Positions 1 through 10,233 of a stretch of DNA of 64,000 nt are shown here, piece after piece (the first letter of the stretch is position 1; each line of letters starts with the position of its first letter). The position numbers and the translations under genes are program-made. The notes under the pieces are model-generated. The model had not been told where the DNA came from. It was given only the letters and a program-made list of their open reading frames with translations, and searched no databases. The DNA is taken from positions 142,070 to 206,069 of the forward strand of contig DIFD01000022.1 of assembly GCA_002418965.1 (NCBI GenBank), written 5' to 3'. The stretch is from Peptococcaceae bacterium UBA5757 (GTDB lineage: Bacteria; Bacillota; Dehalobacteriia; UBA4068).

Positions 1-1295
1 TGTGATACTTCCTCGTCCTCTTTGGCATTACGGCAGTAATACTCGCCCATAATCCCCTGCAATTCCGTGAATTCATATACTGCATGGCTGACCAGATCGG
101 CTTTCATCAGTAACGCAGCGCGCTCAACTTTTTTTAATTGTGAAGGATCAAGTCCGAGTTTTTGGGCTAGATATATGGCCAGTTTTTGCACCCGGGCAAC
201 CTTTGCGCGCGAAGTGCCCAGTTTTTCATGATAGACTACTTTAGACAAACGTTCCACGCATTCTTCCAGGTTAAGTTTGCAGTCTTCCTGCCAAAAGAAC
301 TCGGCATCCTTTAGGCGGGCACGCAAAACACTTTCATTACCAGCCGACACCAGCTGCAAGGAACGGTCGTCCCCGTTACGGACCGTAATAAATTTTGGGA
401 GCAGCTCTTGTTTGCTGCTGTCTTTATACAGCGGGAAGTAGCGTTGATGTTCACGCATTGGCGTGATAACCAGCTCTTTGGGAATCTCGAGATACTTTTT
501 ATCAAAACCACCGGACAAAGCTGTGGGATATTCCACCAGATAAACGACCTCTCCCAGCAGTTCTTCATCTTTTTCCACATAGCCGCCGTTTTTGCTTGCG
601 ACATCCCAAATCTGCTGCCAGATCAATTCTCTTCTTTTTGCCTGATCCACAATTACATAATTTTGCATCAGTTTTTCTTCGTATTGAGCCGGAGAGTCTA
701 AAACGATGGCGTCGCTACCCAAAACACGGTGCCCTCTCGTGACCCGGCCGGATGTTTTATCGGCCAATTGCAGCGGCAGCACATCCTCACCCCAAAGAGC
801 AACCAACCAGCGGATAGGACGGACAAAACGCATCTCTTCATAGCCCCAACGCATCATTTTTGGAAAATACAATTTATGCACCATAAAAACGAGAAGATCA
901 GGCAATACTTGCTCTGCCGGAAGACCTTTGCAATTTTTTTTGGCAAAAACATACAGGTTCCCGCCTACTTCTTTTTGAAGCAGGTCTTTTTCTTCAACAC
1001 CCTGGCCTTTACAAAAACCTAAAAGTGCTTTGGTCGCATTGCCGTCCGGATCATAGGCGGATTTAACAGCCGGTCCCTTGGCTTCCACCACCGTATCAGG
1101 CTGCAACTCTGCAAGTCCGGTAACCAAAAGAGCAAAGCGGCGTGGAGTTGCGTACACCTTTAGGCGATCATAGGACAAACTTTTATCCCGTAAAGCTTGT
1201 ATCGTTAAGGTTTCGATTTGCGTCACAGCCTGCGCAATAAAACGGGCGGGGATTTCTTCCGTACCGATTTCCAATAATAAGTCTCTGGTTTTCAT
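1..1295 (-). CDS. glyS: glycyl-tRNA synthetase beta subunit (5' part; gene runs off left edge)
   Basis: Minus-strand translation from ATG at 1295 reads [19 protein letters not shown]..., the classic GlyS N-terminus. The ATG overlaps the glyQ stop (TAATG). No stop before position 1, which is why it is absent from the ORF track. Confidence 0.85.
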   Translation of the reverse strand, partial: MKTRDLLLEIGTEEIPARFIAQAVTQIETLTIQALRDKSLSYDRLKVYATPRRFALLVTGLAELQPDTVVEAKGPAVKSAYDPDGNATKALLGFCKGQGVEEKDLLQKEVGGNLYVFAKKNCKGLPAEQVLPDLLVFMVHKLYFPKMMRWGYEEMRFVRPIRWLVALWGEDVLPLQLADKTSGRVTRGHRVLGSDAIVLDSPAQYEEKLMQNYVIVDQAKRRELIWQQIWDVASKNGGYVEKDEELLGEVVYLVEYPTALSGGFDKKYLEIPKELVITPMREHQRYFPLYKDSSKQELLPKFITVRNGDDRSLQLVSAGNESVLRARLKDAEFFWQEDCKLNLEECVERLSKVVYHEKLGTSRAKVARVQKLAIYLAQKLGLDPSQLKKVERAALLMKADLVSHAVYEFTELQGIMGEYYCRNAKEDEEVS

Positions 1296-2236
1296 TATTT
1301 GCCCGCCTCCTTTGTGCTCATTTTTTCATTTGTAAGCGGGGGTAATCCTAAAGACAATCGAAGCTTTTCATCTTTGAGCATGGGATAACCCATGGCTCCC
1401 CTTTGAGTCACATAGCCGTTGGCACAGGCCCTTGCCAGGTGACGTACGCGGGTGATGAAGCTTTGCCGCTCCGTTACACTGATGGCGCTGCGGGCATCCA
1501 GAAGGTTGAAAGTATGCGAGCATTTTAAAGCGTAATCATAAGCAGGCTGTACATAGCCCAACTCGATGACGCGCATGGTTTCTTTTTCATAGAGGTCGAA
1601 CAATTGAAACAACATCGCCGTATCGGCAACCTCAAAATTATAATGAGAATAATCCACTTCGTTTTGATGGTAAACATCCCCATACGTAATATCATTCACC
1701 CAATTGATGTTAAAAATACTGTTCACACCCTGGATAAACATAGCCAACCGTTCGATGCCATACGTGAGTTCGGCACAGACCGGCACACAGTCAATACCGC
1801 CGCATTGTTGAAAATAGGTGAACTGTGTTACTTCCATCCCGTCCAACCAAACTTCCCAACCCAATCCCCATGCACCCAATGTAGGACTTTCCCAATTGTC
1901 CTCGACAAAACGGATATCATGATCGGCAGGATTGATGCCGATGACCTCCAAAGACTGCAAATACAATTCCTGTACATTGTCCGGGGAGGGTTTCAGAATC
2001 ACCTGATATTGAAAATAATGTTGCAAGCGGTTCGGGTTTTCCCCATACCGTCCATCGGTCGGACGGCGCGAAGGTTCTACATAGGCCACATTCCATGGTT
2101 CAGGGCCTAAGGCACGTAAAAAGGTTGCCGGATTCATTGTTCCGGCGCCTTTTTCTAAATCATAGGGTTGCAGAATAATGCAATTATGCTCCCCCCAGAA
2201 TTCATTTAGTTTTAAGATCAAGTTTTGGAAGTTCAC
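1295..2236 (-). CDS. glyQ: glycyl-tRNA synthetase alpha subunit
   Basis: 313-aa [39 protein letters not shown]..., highly conserved GlyQ. GTG start preceded by AGGAGG. Confidence 0.95.
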   Translation of the reverse strand: MNFQNLILKLNEFWGEHNCIILQPYDLEKGAGTMNPATFLRALGPEPWNVAYVEPSRRPTDGRYGENPNRLQHYFQYQVILKPSPDNVQELYLQSLEVIGINPADHDIRFVEDNWESPTLGAWGLGWEVWLDGMEVTQFTYFQQCGGIDCVPVCAELTYGIERLAMFIQGVNSIFNINWVNDITYGDVYHQNEVDYSHYNFEVADTAMLFQLFDLYEKETMRVIELGYVQPAYDYALKCSHTFNLLDARSAISVTERQSFITRVRHLARACANGYVTQRGAMGYPMLKDEKLRLSLGLPPLTNEKMSTKEAGK

Positions 2237-2277
2237 AACTTATCCTCCTATTACCAACATCCATAAATATAGAATAT

Positions 2278-2306
2278 ATTTTAACAAAGTTCCAGTTCAA
2301 TGTCAA
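2278..2306 (-). promoter_or_regulatory. sigma-A-like promoter for glyQS (TTGACA-17-TAAAAT on minus strand)
   Basis: RC of 2278-2306 reads TTGACAttgaactggaactttgtTAAAAT, about 40 nt upstream of the glyQ start. No T-box consensus visible in the 138-nt recO-glyQ gap. Confidence 0.4.
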
Positions 2307-2374
2307 AGAAGGTGCACTTTTCCCAATAGTAAAATATCTTGTGTTAAGGATTCTTTCTATTTAGTTTTCTTGAT

Positions 2375-3133
2375 CTAGCTTCTCTCGATCTGGTCCAAAA
2401 TATCTCTGGCACGCAGGGTATAATCCAGATGATAATCCAGATAACACCAAAGCGCCTCTTTTAGTTCCTCCGATGTTTGGGGATTCATTTTGAGATTGAG
2501 GATCTTTTGGGCGGGTGATTTTTGTAAAAAGCGTAGCACTTGCACAGTTCCGGCATGAATCAGCACTTTTGAGCTCATCGTAGCCGCACAGGTTTCGCAA
2601 ACAATGCCGCCATGAAAGGGAGATAGAAAAAACCTGCGTTCCTGTATGCTTCTGCCACATTTTAAACAAGTATCCAACCGGGGCGTAAGCCCCAAACAGG
2701 ATAAAAAACGCAATTCAAAGTATCGCGCCGTTAAAGCGGAAAACTCCGAATAGGCAAGTAAAGAATAAGTGAGTAGCGCTAATAAAAAAAGATCGGCGTT
2801 GGGTTTTCTTTCCGGCATGCCTGCATCCACCAACTCGGCCAGGTAAGAAGCATAGGTGATCTTTTCCAGCTCCTGCCTAAGAGGCGCAAAAGATTCGATA
2901 ACCTCTCCCTGCGTAACGATATGCAACGAACCCCTTCCTTTGGCAATAGCCAGCCTGACATGAGAAAAGGGCTGAACCACTCCACGTAAACTGCTTTTTG
3001 AGCGAGCCGCTCCTTTGGCGATGGCTGACTCCTTGCCCCGTTCGGGGCTAAACATGGTTACAATCTTATCCCCTTCGCCATAGTCCCTGCTGCGAAGGAT
3101 CAAATATTGAGACAGGAAATTTCGTTCCTCCAT
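2375..3133 (-). CDS. recO: DNA repair protein RecO
   Basis: 252-aa ORF with C-terminal CxxC...CxxC zinc motif (CLKCGRS...CETC) and RecO-like N-terminal OB region. Synteny era-recO-glyQS as in Bacillus. Confidence 0.9.
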   Translation of the reverse strand: MEERNFLSQYLILRSRDYGEGDKIVTMFSPERGKESAIAKGAARSKSSLRGVVQPFSHVRLAIAKGRGSLHIVTQGEVIESFAPLRQELEKITYASYLAELVDAGMPERKPNADLFLLALLTYSLLAYSEFSALTARYFELRFLSCLGLTPRLDTCLKCGRSIQERRFFLSPFHGGIVCETCAATMSSKVLIHAGTVQVLRFLQKSPAQKILNLKMNPQTSEELKEALWCYLDYHLDYTLRARDILDQIERS

Positions 3134-3168
3134 AACCTTACTCCCATCAGGCGTTTACCTAACATCCT

Positions 3169-4116
3169 TTATTCTTTCCCTAGCAAATCCCAGTCTTGCA
3201 AAAGCCGCTCATTATCGCGCCAATCTTTTTTGGTTTTTACCCGTAGTTCCAAATAAACATTGCAAGCAAAAAACTTTTCCATCTCAGCCCTGGCCGCGAT
3301 TCCGATGGCTTTAAGCAAGGCACCCCTTTTCCCGATGACGATGCCTTTTTGCGTTTCGCGCTCCACATAAATGACCGCTTCCAAATAGAGGGTTCCGTTT
3401 GCCCGCTCTTCCATTTGCGATATATTGACGGCAACGGAATGCGGGATTTCGTCTCTGGTCAAGCCTAATACCTGCTCACGGATCAGTTCCGCCATGAACA
3501 ATTGTTCCGGCTGGTCAGAGGTCATGCCTTGCGGATAAAATCGGGGCCCAAGAGGTAAATATTGTTTTAAAACCTCTAAAAACCGATCCACATTCGTGCC
3601 ACGTTGAGCGGAAATGGGGATAATCTCCGCAAAAGAATAGCGGTCTTTTAAGCGATCAATTAAAGGCAGTAGCTTTTGCGGCTCAATCAAATCGATTTTA
3701 TTGATCAATAAAAAGACCGGTTTTTTAACTTCCGATAATTGACGGATGATATATTCTTCTCCCCTGCCGAAACTCTCCTGCGTTTCGACCAGATAGACAA
3801 TGATGTCTCCGCCCGATAAAGATTCGTGAACATCCGCCATCATCCGTTCATCCAGTTTATGTTTTGGTTTATGGACTCCCGGGGTGTCGATAAATACAAC
3901 CTGCATATCGTCCGTATTGTAGATTCCACGGATACTGTTGCGCGTGGTTTGCGGTTTATCGGAGACGATGGCGACCTTTGTCCCTAGGATATGGTTCAAT
4001 AAAGTGGACTTGCCTGCATTAGGACGTCCGACGATGGTGACAAAACCGGATCGCACCTGCTTTTCTTCTTGAATCAACCCTCTTTTTTTTTCGTGTCTAA
4101 CGATATGGTATTTCAA
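3169..4116 (-). CDS. era: GTPase Era
   Basis: GRPNAGKSTLLN G1 motif, DTPG, NKID, C-terminal KH domain. Overlaps cdd stop by 4 nt. Confidence 0.9.
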   Translation of the reverse strand: MKYHIVRHEKKRGLIQEEKQVRSGFVTIVGRPNAGKSTLLNHILGTKVAIVSDKPQTTRNSIRGIYNTDDMQVVFIDTPGVHKPKHKLDERMMADVHESLSGGDIIVYLVETQESFGRGEEYIIRQLSEVKKPVFLLINKIDLIEPQKLLPLIDRLKDRYSFAEIIPISAQRGTNVDRFLEVLKQYLPLGPRFYPQGMTSDQPEQLFMAELIREQVLGLTRDEIPHSVAVNISQMEERANGTLYLEAVIYVERETQKGIVIGKRGALLKAIGIAARAEMEKFFACNVYLELRVKTKKDWRDNERLLQDWDLLGKE

Positions 4117-4523
4117 ACGTTTTCTCCTTTAAGATTCTTATTCAAACAAAACGGCGTGGATAACAACTGCTGCAGATTGATCTCTTTATATGTATGATGG
4201 GTATCCGGAAGCAATAATAACAACTGCGGACTAAACTCTGCCAGCACCTGCAAACAAGCGCCGCAAGGAACGATTTGGGCATTATCATCCCCTGCTAATG
4301 CCAACAGTTCAAATTGACGCTCTCCGGCAGTCACAGCTGCGCAAACCGCGCTGCGCTCCGCACATATCGAAAGTCCGTACGAAGCATTTTCCACATTTAC
4401 GCCATAAAATACCCTCCCGCTTTTTCCGAGCAATGCCGCACCGACGCGGAATTGCGAATAAGGGGCATAGGCGTTTTCTTTTGCAACGATTGCCATATCA
4501 AACAATTCATCTTTACTGACCAT
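4113..4523 (-). CDS. cdd: cytidine deaminase
   Basis: 136 aa. CAERSA zinc-binding motif and PCGACLQ motif typical of homotetrameric cytidine deaminase. Confidence 0.9.
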   Translation of the reverse strand: MVSKDELFDMAIVAKENAYAPYSQFRVGAALLGKSGRVFYGVNVENASYGLSICAERSAVCAAVTAGERQFELLALAGDDNAQIVPCGACLQVLAEFSPQLLLLLPDTHHTYKEINLQQLLSTPFCLNKNLKGENV

Positions 4524-4537
4524 TATCCCTTACCTCC

Positions 4538-4924
4538 TTAGATCAAATACGGTAAAAAGATCAATAAGCCGATTATGATAGCCAAAGTAGCGGTAACCAA
4601 AACAGCCCCGGCAGCCACATTTTTAGCGACAGCGGCAAAATGCCTATATTCTTCCGTAACTAAATCCACCAAAGCCTCGGTGGCCGTATTCATCATTTCA
4701 ATTGCAATCACAAGACCGATGGTCAAAAACAAAGCAATCCAATCCATGCGGCTGATATGCAAAAACAATCCGACCACGACAATGGCGGCGGTGCAGATTC
4801 CATGGATCTTCATATTGCGTTCCCAATAGAAGGCGTATACAATTCCCTTTACAGCATAATGGAAAGAGGTGTGCAGCTTATTTTTTGATTTGGGTTTGTT
4901 GGGGATAGAAGATAAAATCTTCAT
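4538..4924 (-). CDS. dgkA: diacylglycerol kinase / undecaprenol kinase (DgkA family)
   Basis: 128 aa, three TM helices, conserved ...IEMMNTA.E... DgkA motif. Confidence 0.85.
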   Translation of the reverse strand: MKILSSIPNKPKSKNKLHTSFHYAVKGIVYAFYWERNMKIHGICTAAIVVVGLFLHISRMDWIALFLTIGLVIAIEMMNTATEALVDLVTEEYRHFAAVAKNVAAGAVLVTATLAIIIGLLIFLPYLI

Positions 4925-4946
4925 AAATCAGCTCCTAAAGTTCTTT

Positions 4947-5480
4947 TTAAAGATTCATTTCAGATAAAATTTCATCCTGTAGTTGGAACATTTTTGTTTC
5001 TTCTTCTAAAGAACGCTCATGATCATAACCCATAAGGTGCAAAAGTCCATGCACAAACAAAAAAACTAATTCACGCTCAATCGAATGACCATATTCCTGT
5101 GCCTGTTCGTATGCACGCTCGACAGAAATCACAATATCGCCCAAAACAAGCGGCAGATCCGTTTGCCATAACCGGTTGTCTTGATCACTCAATGAAGACA
5201 TAAGATCGTCTTCCATGGGAAAAGAAAGAACATCGGTGGGAGCATCTTTATCACGGTATTGTTGGTTGAGAATGAGTATTTGGGCATTATCCGTCATCAG
5301 TAAACTAATGTCAAAGCGTTGCTCATGCTTGCTCTTGCTTTTTCCCTGTTCTTTTGGGCTTCGCATCCGCATTTCCATCTTCGTAAGCGTTCGTTTGGCC
5401 GCCTGCTTCAACAGACTGCGAAACGCTTGCGTCAGTTTCAGTTGTTGTTGCTGATTTTGGATCGTGAGATAAATCAACAC
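4947..5480 (-). CDS. ybeY: rRNA maturation endoribonuclease YbeY
   Basis: HGLLHLMGYDHE zinc-binding motif and DVLSFP motif. The N-terminal region overlaps the 3' end of pgpH by ~158 nt, so the start is uncertain. Confidence 0.8.
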   Translation of the reverse strand: MLIYLTIQNQQQQLKLTQAFRSLLKQAAKRTLTKMEMRMRSPKEQGKSKSKHEQRFDISLLMTDNAQILILNQQYRDKDAPTDVLSFPMEDDLMSSLSDQDNRLWQTDLPLVLGDIVISVERAYEQAQEYGHSIERELVFLFVHGLLHLMGYDHERSLEEETKMFQLQDEILSEMNL

Positions 5481-7653
5481 TTGAGTCTCCCCCTAGCTCT
5501 GTAAGTACTTCCTCCGGATAATCAATCCGGCTATGATTAATACCGCTCAAAACCATAACAAACGCCTGTGCGATTGTTCCCAAATCTTTAAAGGTCAAAT
5601 GACAATCAAATAATTGCCCTTCTTCCTCTTTGATATTGATAATGTCTTTCACTTTCGCCTCGATCTGAGCTTTGGTAGGGTTGCTGATGGACTGAACAGC
5701 AGCCTGCACACTATCCGCTAATAACACTAAAGCTGCTTCCCTTGTTTGCGGCCGCGGCCCAGGATAGGCAAAATCCTCTTTTTTTACAGTAGAAGGATCG
5801 GTTGCCTGTGCCTGTGCTTTATGATAAAAGTACGGAAGAATGCCTGTGCCGTGATGCTCTCTCACAATTTCAATAATTTCTTTTGGAAGCTTGGCTTCTT
5901 CCAGCATCTCAACGCCTTCTTTAACGTGAGAAGTAATCAAGAGTGTACTTAAAGTAGGGGCAAGTTTATCGTGTGGATTTTCTCCGGGCAATTGGTTTTC
6001 GATAAAGAAATAGGGGCGTTTGAGTTTGCCGATATCATGGTAATACGAAGCGACCCGGACGAGCAATGCATTGGCTCCGATGGCATCAGCAGCTGCTTCA
6101 GCCAAATTACCCACCAGAATACTATGATGATAGGTTCCGGGCGCCTCCATCATCAAACGCTTTAATAAAGGATGATTGAAGTTGGACAATTCCAAAAGAC
6201 GTACGATCGTCGTGATCCGGAAGAGATTTTCCAAAAAGGGTAAGATACCCGTCGTGAGGATCGCAGATAAGATCCCGTTCCCCACACCCATTAGGATGCC
6301 GACCCCCAAGGTTTGTAGTTTGATATCCCATAATAATCCCCAGGCTGTTATAGCCACTACATTGGCAGCAGCGATATAAACACTGGAGCCAACGAACTGC
6401 CCCCGCTGGTTGAGCCTGTGGGTAGAAAACACACCAACAATACCACCAATGATGGCAACGAATGCATAAGAAAGTTCCCCATGCATAATAACGCCAACAC
6501 AAATTCCCATGATGATGGTGGCAAAGATGGAAATACGCCGGCCCATTAAAACGGCAAATAACATGGAAAACGCGGCAACCGGCAACAAAAACCCAATCTG
6601 AGCGGCAACTTCCGCTTTATCGGATATACTGACCAAAGATATCAATTTGCAAATCAATAACATCAGATTTAACAAAACACCGATCAGAATCAGATTCACT
6701 TGTCTTGAGCGCGTTTCCGGCAGATAAATCCGGATATAAAGCCAGAAGATAAAATATAAAAGACCCATAAAGAGCAACAATCCTAGGTAAGAAAACCCTT
6801 GAAAATTTTTCGTCTGTAATCCCAGGTATTGTAGTTTTTCCACCTGTTCGGCCGTGACGACATAACCCCGGGAGATGATCTTTTCTCCAGAAAGCACCGT
6901 AACCTGAACACCGGCAATATCCCGCATCACTTTTTCGATCTTCGCAGTGGTTGCCGCAGCATCATATGTTTTATTAGCTTCTAAGTGCAATCCTTCAAAG
7001 TAAGCAGTAAGAAAGTCCGATGATTGATCGGAAAAATCCAATACTTTAATGGAATCAAGAATCGACTGCCTCAGCGTATCAATTTGTTCTGCGAGAACAC
7101 CCGGTTGCATAGCGTTTGCTATCAGCTCGATCAAACCGTCTTTGATTGCCGTGCGGTCTGTTTCGGTAATCTCTAAAATAAATCGCAACTGAGCATCGCT
7201 ATAGGTACCTACGAGACTTTCACGTAAGACTTTCAGCTTATCGGAACTTTGCAAATCGTTATTGGTGGCGGCGGTATAGATGGCATCAAAATCTGTTTCT
7301 ATCTGCTGTTTCAGGTTTTCTAAGACCTGAGAATCAACACGGTAAATCTTTTCTACCTGTGATGCGGCTTGATTGCGCATCTCATCCGTACGGATCTCGC
7401 TGGTGTAGGTGACTGTCGGACCCTCATAGTAAATATCTTGGGTGGCAATTTCCCCTTCTTTGAGAGAGATAGATGAACCAAATAGATTGATAGACATAAT
7501 AAGGGTACTTAAAAGAGCAAAAAAGACCCACAACAAGGTCCGGTACGTTTTCCGCCCCTTTTTTGTTTTAAGCCATTCATGAGTCTTTTGCCAACCTAAT
7601 TTTCCCGACATGTCAATCTCCTTATAACAATAATTAAATCCATTTTCTTTCAT
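5323..7653 (-). CDS. pgpH: 7TM-receptor HD-domain membrane phosphohydrolase (PgpH/YqfF-like c-di-AMP phosphodiesterase family)
   Basis: 776 aa. N-terminal extracellular region, 7 TM helices, C-terminal HD domain (HHSILVGNLAEAAA...YHDIGK). Low-complexity acidic/Thr C-tail. Confidence 0.85.
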   Translation of the reverse strand: MKENGFNYCYKEIDMSGKLGWQKTHEWLKTKKGRKTYRTLLWVFFALLSTLIMSINLFGSSISLKEGEIATQDIYYEGPTVTYTSEIRTDEMRNQAASQVEKIYRVDSQVLENLKQQIETDFDAIYTAATNNDLQSSDKLKVLRESLVGTYSDAQLRFILEITETDRTAIKDGLIELIANAMQPGVLAEQIDTLRQSILDSIKVLDFSDQSSDFLTAYFEGLHLEANKTYDAAATTAKIEKVMRDIAGVQVTVLSGEKIISRGYVVTAEQVEKLQYLGLQTKNFQGFSYLGLLLFMGLLYFIFWLYIRIYLPETRSRQVNLILIGVLLNLMLLICKLISLVSISDKAEVAAQIGFLLPVAAFSMLFAVLMGRRISIFATIIMGICVGVIMHGELSYAFVAIIGGIVGVFSTHRLNQRGQFVGSSVYIAAANVVAITAWGLLWDIKLQTLGVGILMGVGNGILSAILTTGILPFLENLFRITTIVRLLELSNFNHPLLKRLMMEAPGTYHHSILVGNLAEAAADAIGANALLVRVASYYHDIGKLKRPYFFIENQLPGENPHDKLAPTLSTLLITSHVKEGVEMLEEAKLPKEIIEIVREHHGTGILPYFYHKAQAQATDPSTVKKEDFAYPGPRPQTREAALVLLADSVQAAVQSISNPTKAQIEAKVKDIINIKEEEGQLFDCHLTFKDLGTIAQAFVMVLSGINHSRIDYPEEVLTELGGDSSVDLSHDPKSATTTETDASVSQSVEAGGQTNAYEDGNADAKPKRTGKKQEQA

Positions 7654-8635
7654 AGGCTTCGATTATTTTTTGCACCAAAGGATGACGGACAACATCTACC
7701 TTTGAAAGATAACAAAAAACAATCTCCTCTATGTCGTGCAATCTTCTTTCCGCCTCGATCAGTCCGCATGTTTGTCCCAACGGCAAATCGATTTGCGTCA
7801 CATCCCCGGTAATGACTGCCTTAGAACCCATCCCCAAACGGGTTAAAAACATTTTCATTTGCTGCGGGGTTGTGTTTTGTGCTTCGTCTAAAATAATAAA
7901 AGCCTCATCCAGTGTCCGCCCACGCATATAAGCGAGAGGAACCACCTCGATAATGCCTCGTTCTACATACTTTGCAGCCTGTTCTTTACCGAGCGCTTCA
8001 TCTAAAGCATCATAAACAGGCCTTAAATAAGGATTGACTTTATCCTGCAAATCGCCTGGCAAAAATCCCAGCTTTTCTCCCGCCTCTACAGCCGGACGTG
8101 CCAATACAATTTTGGATACTGCTCGCGCTTTTAAAGCGGAAACAGCCATCATCACGGCTAGATAGGTCTTCCCTGTACCGGCAGGGCCAATGGCAAACAC
8201 CAAATCACTGTGCTTGATTGCCTGCATATAATACCATTGCCCAGCAGATTTTACCTTAATCGACTTTCCTTTTGCGGTCATAAAAACTGTTTGTGCCAAA
8301 TTAGAGGCTAATTGTGCATCTTCGTTTTTTGCCGCTATTGCATACCGGATGGCGGTAGGGGTAATTGTCACATCCCCATTGGCCAGGATAATCAAATGCT
8401 GAAAGACTCTTTGCGCTTCTGCTACATCCTCTTTTAAACCACGTATAGTCAGTTCATCCCCACGGATGATTAATTTGGCATGCAAAGACTTCTCCAGCCC
8501 GCTTAAATGTTGATCCTGCTGCCCTAAGATGTTAGCTGCTTGTCCATTGTTACCCAAAGAGATTTTAACCTCGTACTCTCCCGTTTTAGTCTTATCCCCC
8601 AAGAATCCATTTTCCGTTTTTGGCATAACAGGCAA
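7634..8635 (-). CDS. phoH: PhoH-like ATPase (YqfE/YbeZ)
   Basis: Walker A GPAGTGKTYLAV. PhoH family. Conserved position upstream of yqfF/ybeY. Confidence 0.9.
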   Translation of the reverse strand: MPVMPKTENGFLGDKTKTGEYEVKISLGNNGQAANILGQQDQHLSGLEKSLHAKLIIRGDELTIRGLKEDVAEAQRVFQHLIILANGDVTITPTAIRYAIAAKNEDAQLASNLAQTVFMTAKGKSIKVKSAGQWYYMQAIKHSDLVFAIGPAGTGKTYLAVMMAVSALKARAVSKIVLARPAVEAGEKLGFLPGDLQDKVNPYLRPVYDALDEALGKEQAAKYVERGIIEVVPLAYMRGRTLDEAFIILDEAQNTTPQQMKMFLTRLGMGSKAVITGDVTQIDLPLGQTCGLIEAERRLHDIEEIVFCYLSKVDVVRHPLVQKIIEAYERKWI

Positions 8636-8676
8636 TGTCTTGCCCCCTTTTTGGTCTTAGCTAAATTTTATGTTTT

Positions 8677-9966
8677 TTACTGTTGTGGCTGTTTACCATA
8701 CAGTTTGTTCCAACGATTCTTTATTTGCGGCAAAGCATTTGCGTCCATCTGCTTGAATTCCCCGATTGTAGCAATCACTTCAAATGTCACCTGGGCTCTT
8801 TTTATTATTTCATCCCCAAAAGAACGAATGATGGTATCGGATACTTGAGCTTGGGGCGGTAAATTTCTTTTTACCTCCAATTGGGCATCAGCCAAAGCAT
8901 GCTGCCAGGCAATCTCCTCAGTGTAGACAATCTGATATTCTTGCTGCTCTTTATATATGTTTTTTATTAATTCGACAGGCAACCTAATATTCCTCCAAAG
9001 TACCAAAGGCAAACTCTCCTGCTGCAATGTAAAGTGCTGATAAGAAGGTTGTGCCCGAGTTGCAAAATTCAGCCTTTCTTTGCCTTGCCAGGCAATGTTA
9101 TATAAGATTGTTTCCATCCCGGTATAACGCAAACCGGTCTCTTGCAATTGGCATTCCCCATATCCAGTATACCAGAGTTTTGCCTTTACAATACCCTTTG
9201 CTGCAACCAAATTACCATCCAGATCAATACCGGCAATCAAAATATCCCCCTTAGAAACAACGTCGCCTTCGTCAACAATGGGCATTCCTTTCATAACCAA
9301 TACGGCATCGATCACGCCATCGGCATTGGCTACAATATTTCCGGCTGCTAAGGTTTGATCCTCATCCGCAATGGCGATCCTTTTGACAAATTGAATGACT
9401 ACTTTATTCCCTTTGGTTTCAACGGATACCCAAGTCACGTCCTCGAACTTTTGCAAGATATACTTACCGGCTGCATCCGCATCGATATTCCACTTCATAC
9501 TGCCTTCTTGGATATTCATTTCTGTCGCCAAATCACGCACTTTTTTCACCGATTGTTCGTCAACGGCAAAAGGACTCTTCACTTCCACGCTAAAGATAAT
9601 ATTTCCACAAAGATAAAATGCGATACAAAACAAAAAGGCGCCCACGCCCAGCATTTTGCGTTTTTTGATTCTGTTTAAAAAAAACGGCAGTCCAATTCGC
9701 CGGAAAATATGGAACCGACAATGGCTCATACGCGCAATATGCCGCAAGCGGTAAATGTCCGACAGTTTGACGGATGCTCTTACACAATCTTCTTCCAGCC
9801 AGGCGATACCCTTGATTTGGATCTCTTGCTGCAGGGCAAGATTGAGGAACTTTTCCACACCCGATCCTCTGATTTCAATCAATAAAATCCCTTTTATTCT
9901 ATCATTAATTCTATGTAGCATTTTACTCTCCTTACCGTTCTTGTTGAGGCAGTAAAATTTTTTCAA
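8677..9966 (-). CDS. yqfD: sporulation protein YqfD (stage IV sporulation)
   Basis: 429 aa, single TM, YqfD-like N-terminus. Synteny with yqfC/phoH. Indicates an endospore former. Confidence 0.8.
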   Translation of the reverse strand: MKKFYCLNKNGKESKMLHRINDRIKGILLIEIRGSGVEKFLNLALQQEIQIKGIAWLEEDCVRASVKLSDIYRLRHIARMSHCRFHIFRRIGLPFFLNRIKKRKMLGVGAFLFCIAFYLCGNIIFSVEVKSPFAVDEQSVKKVRDLATEMNIQEGSMKWNIDADAAGKYILQKFEDVTWVSVETKGNKVVIQFVKRIAIADEDQTLAAGNIVANADGVIDAVLVMKGMPIVDEGDVVSKGDILIAGIDLDGNLVAAKGIVKAKLWYTGYGECQLQETGLRYTGMETILYNIAWQGKERLNFATRAQPSYQHFTLQQESLPLVLWRNIRLPVELIKNIYKEQQEYQIVYTEEIAWQHALADAQLEVKRNLPPQAQVSDTIIRSFGDEIIKRAQVTFEVIATIGEFKQMDANALPQIKNRWNKLYGKQPQQ

Positions 9967-10213
9967 TCATCCCTTCAATATGAAGCTCATCGCTTTGTAA
10001 TTGGGTTAAGACCAAATGTTTTCCCTCAATTTGTACATCGCCATGGTTATTGCGGAAGACAATTTTATCTTCCGCATAACTACAAATTCCTTTATGGTTT
10101 TCGATCACAAGATTCCCGTTGCCCACAAGCGTCAAACGCATCACATCCAAGATAATTTCTTCAGGCATTTCCAATACCGAAGTCATGGTTTTTTTAAATT
10201 TTTTGACACCCAT
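9932..10213 (-). CDS. yqfC: sporulation protein YqfC
   Basis: ~93 aa YqfC-like (MGVKKFKK...LEMPEEIILDVMRLTLVG...). ATG at 10213 preceded by GGGAGGAGGTG. The ORF-track 'M' at 10222 is a GTG inside the SD. Confidence 0.75.
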   Translation of the reverse strand: MGVKKFKKTMTSVLEMPEEIILDVMRLTLVGNGNLVIENHKGICSYAEDKIVFRNNHGDVQIEGKHLVLTQLQSDELHIEGMIEKILLPQQER

Positions 10214-10233
10214 GCACAACACCTCCTCCCTAA

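Noticed and set aside
2237-2374. glyQS T-box riboswitch
   Set aside because: Expected from B. subtilis, but no T-box consensus, specifier loop or antiterminator is visible. A promoter sits only ~40 nt from the start codon.
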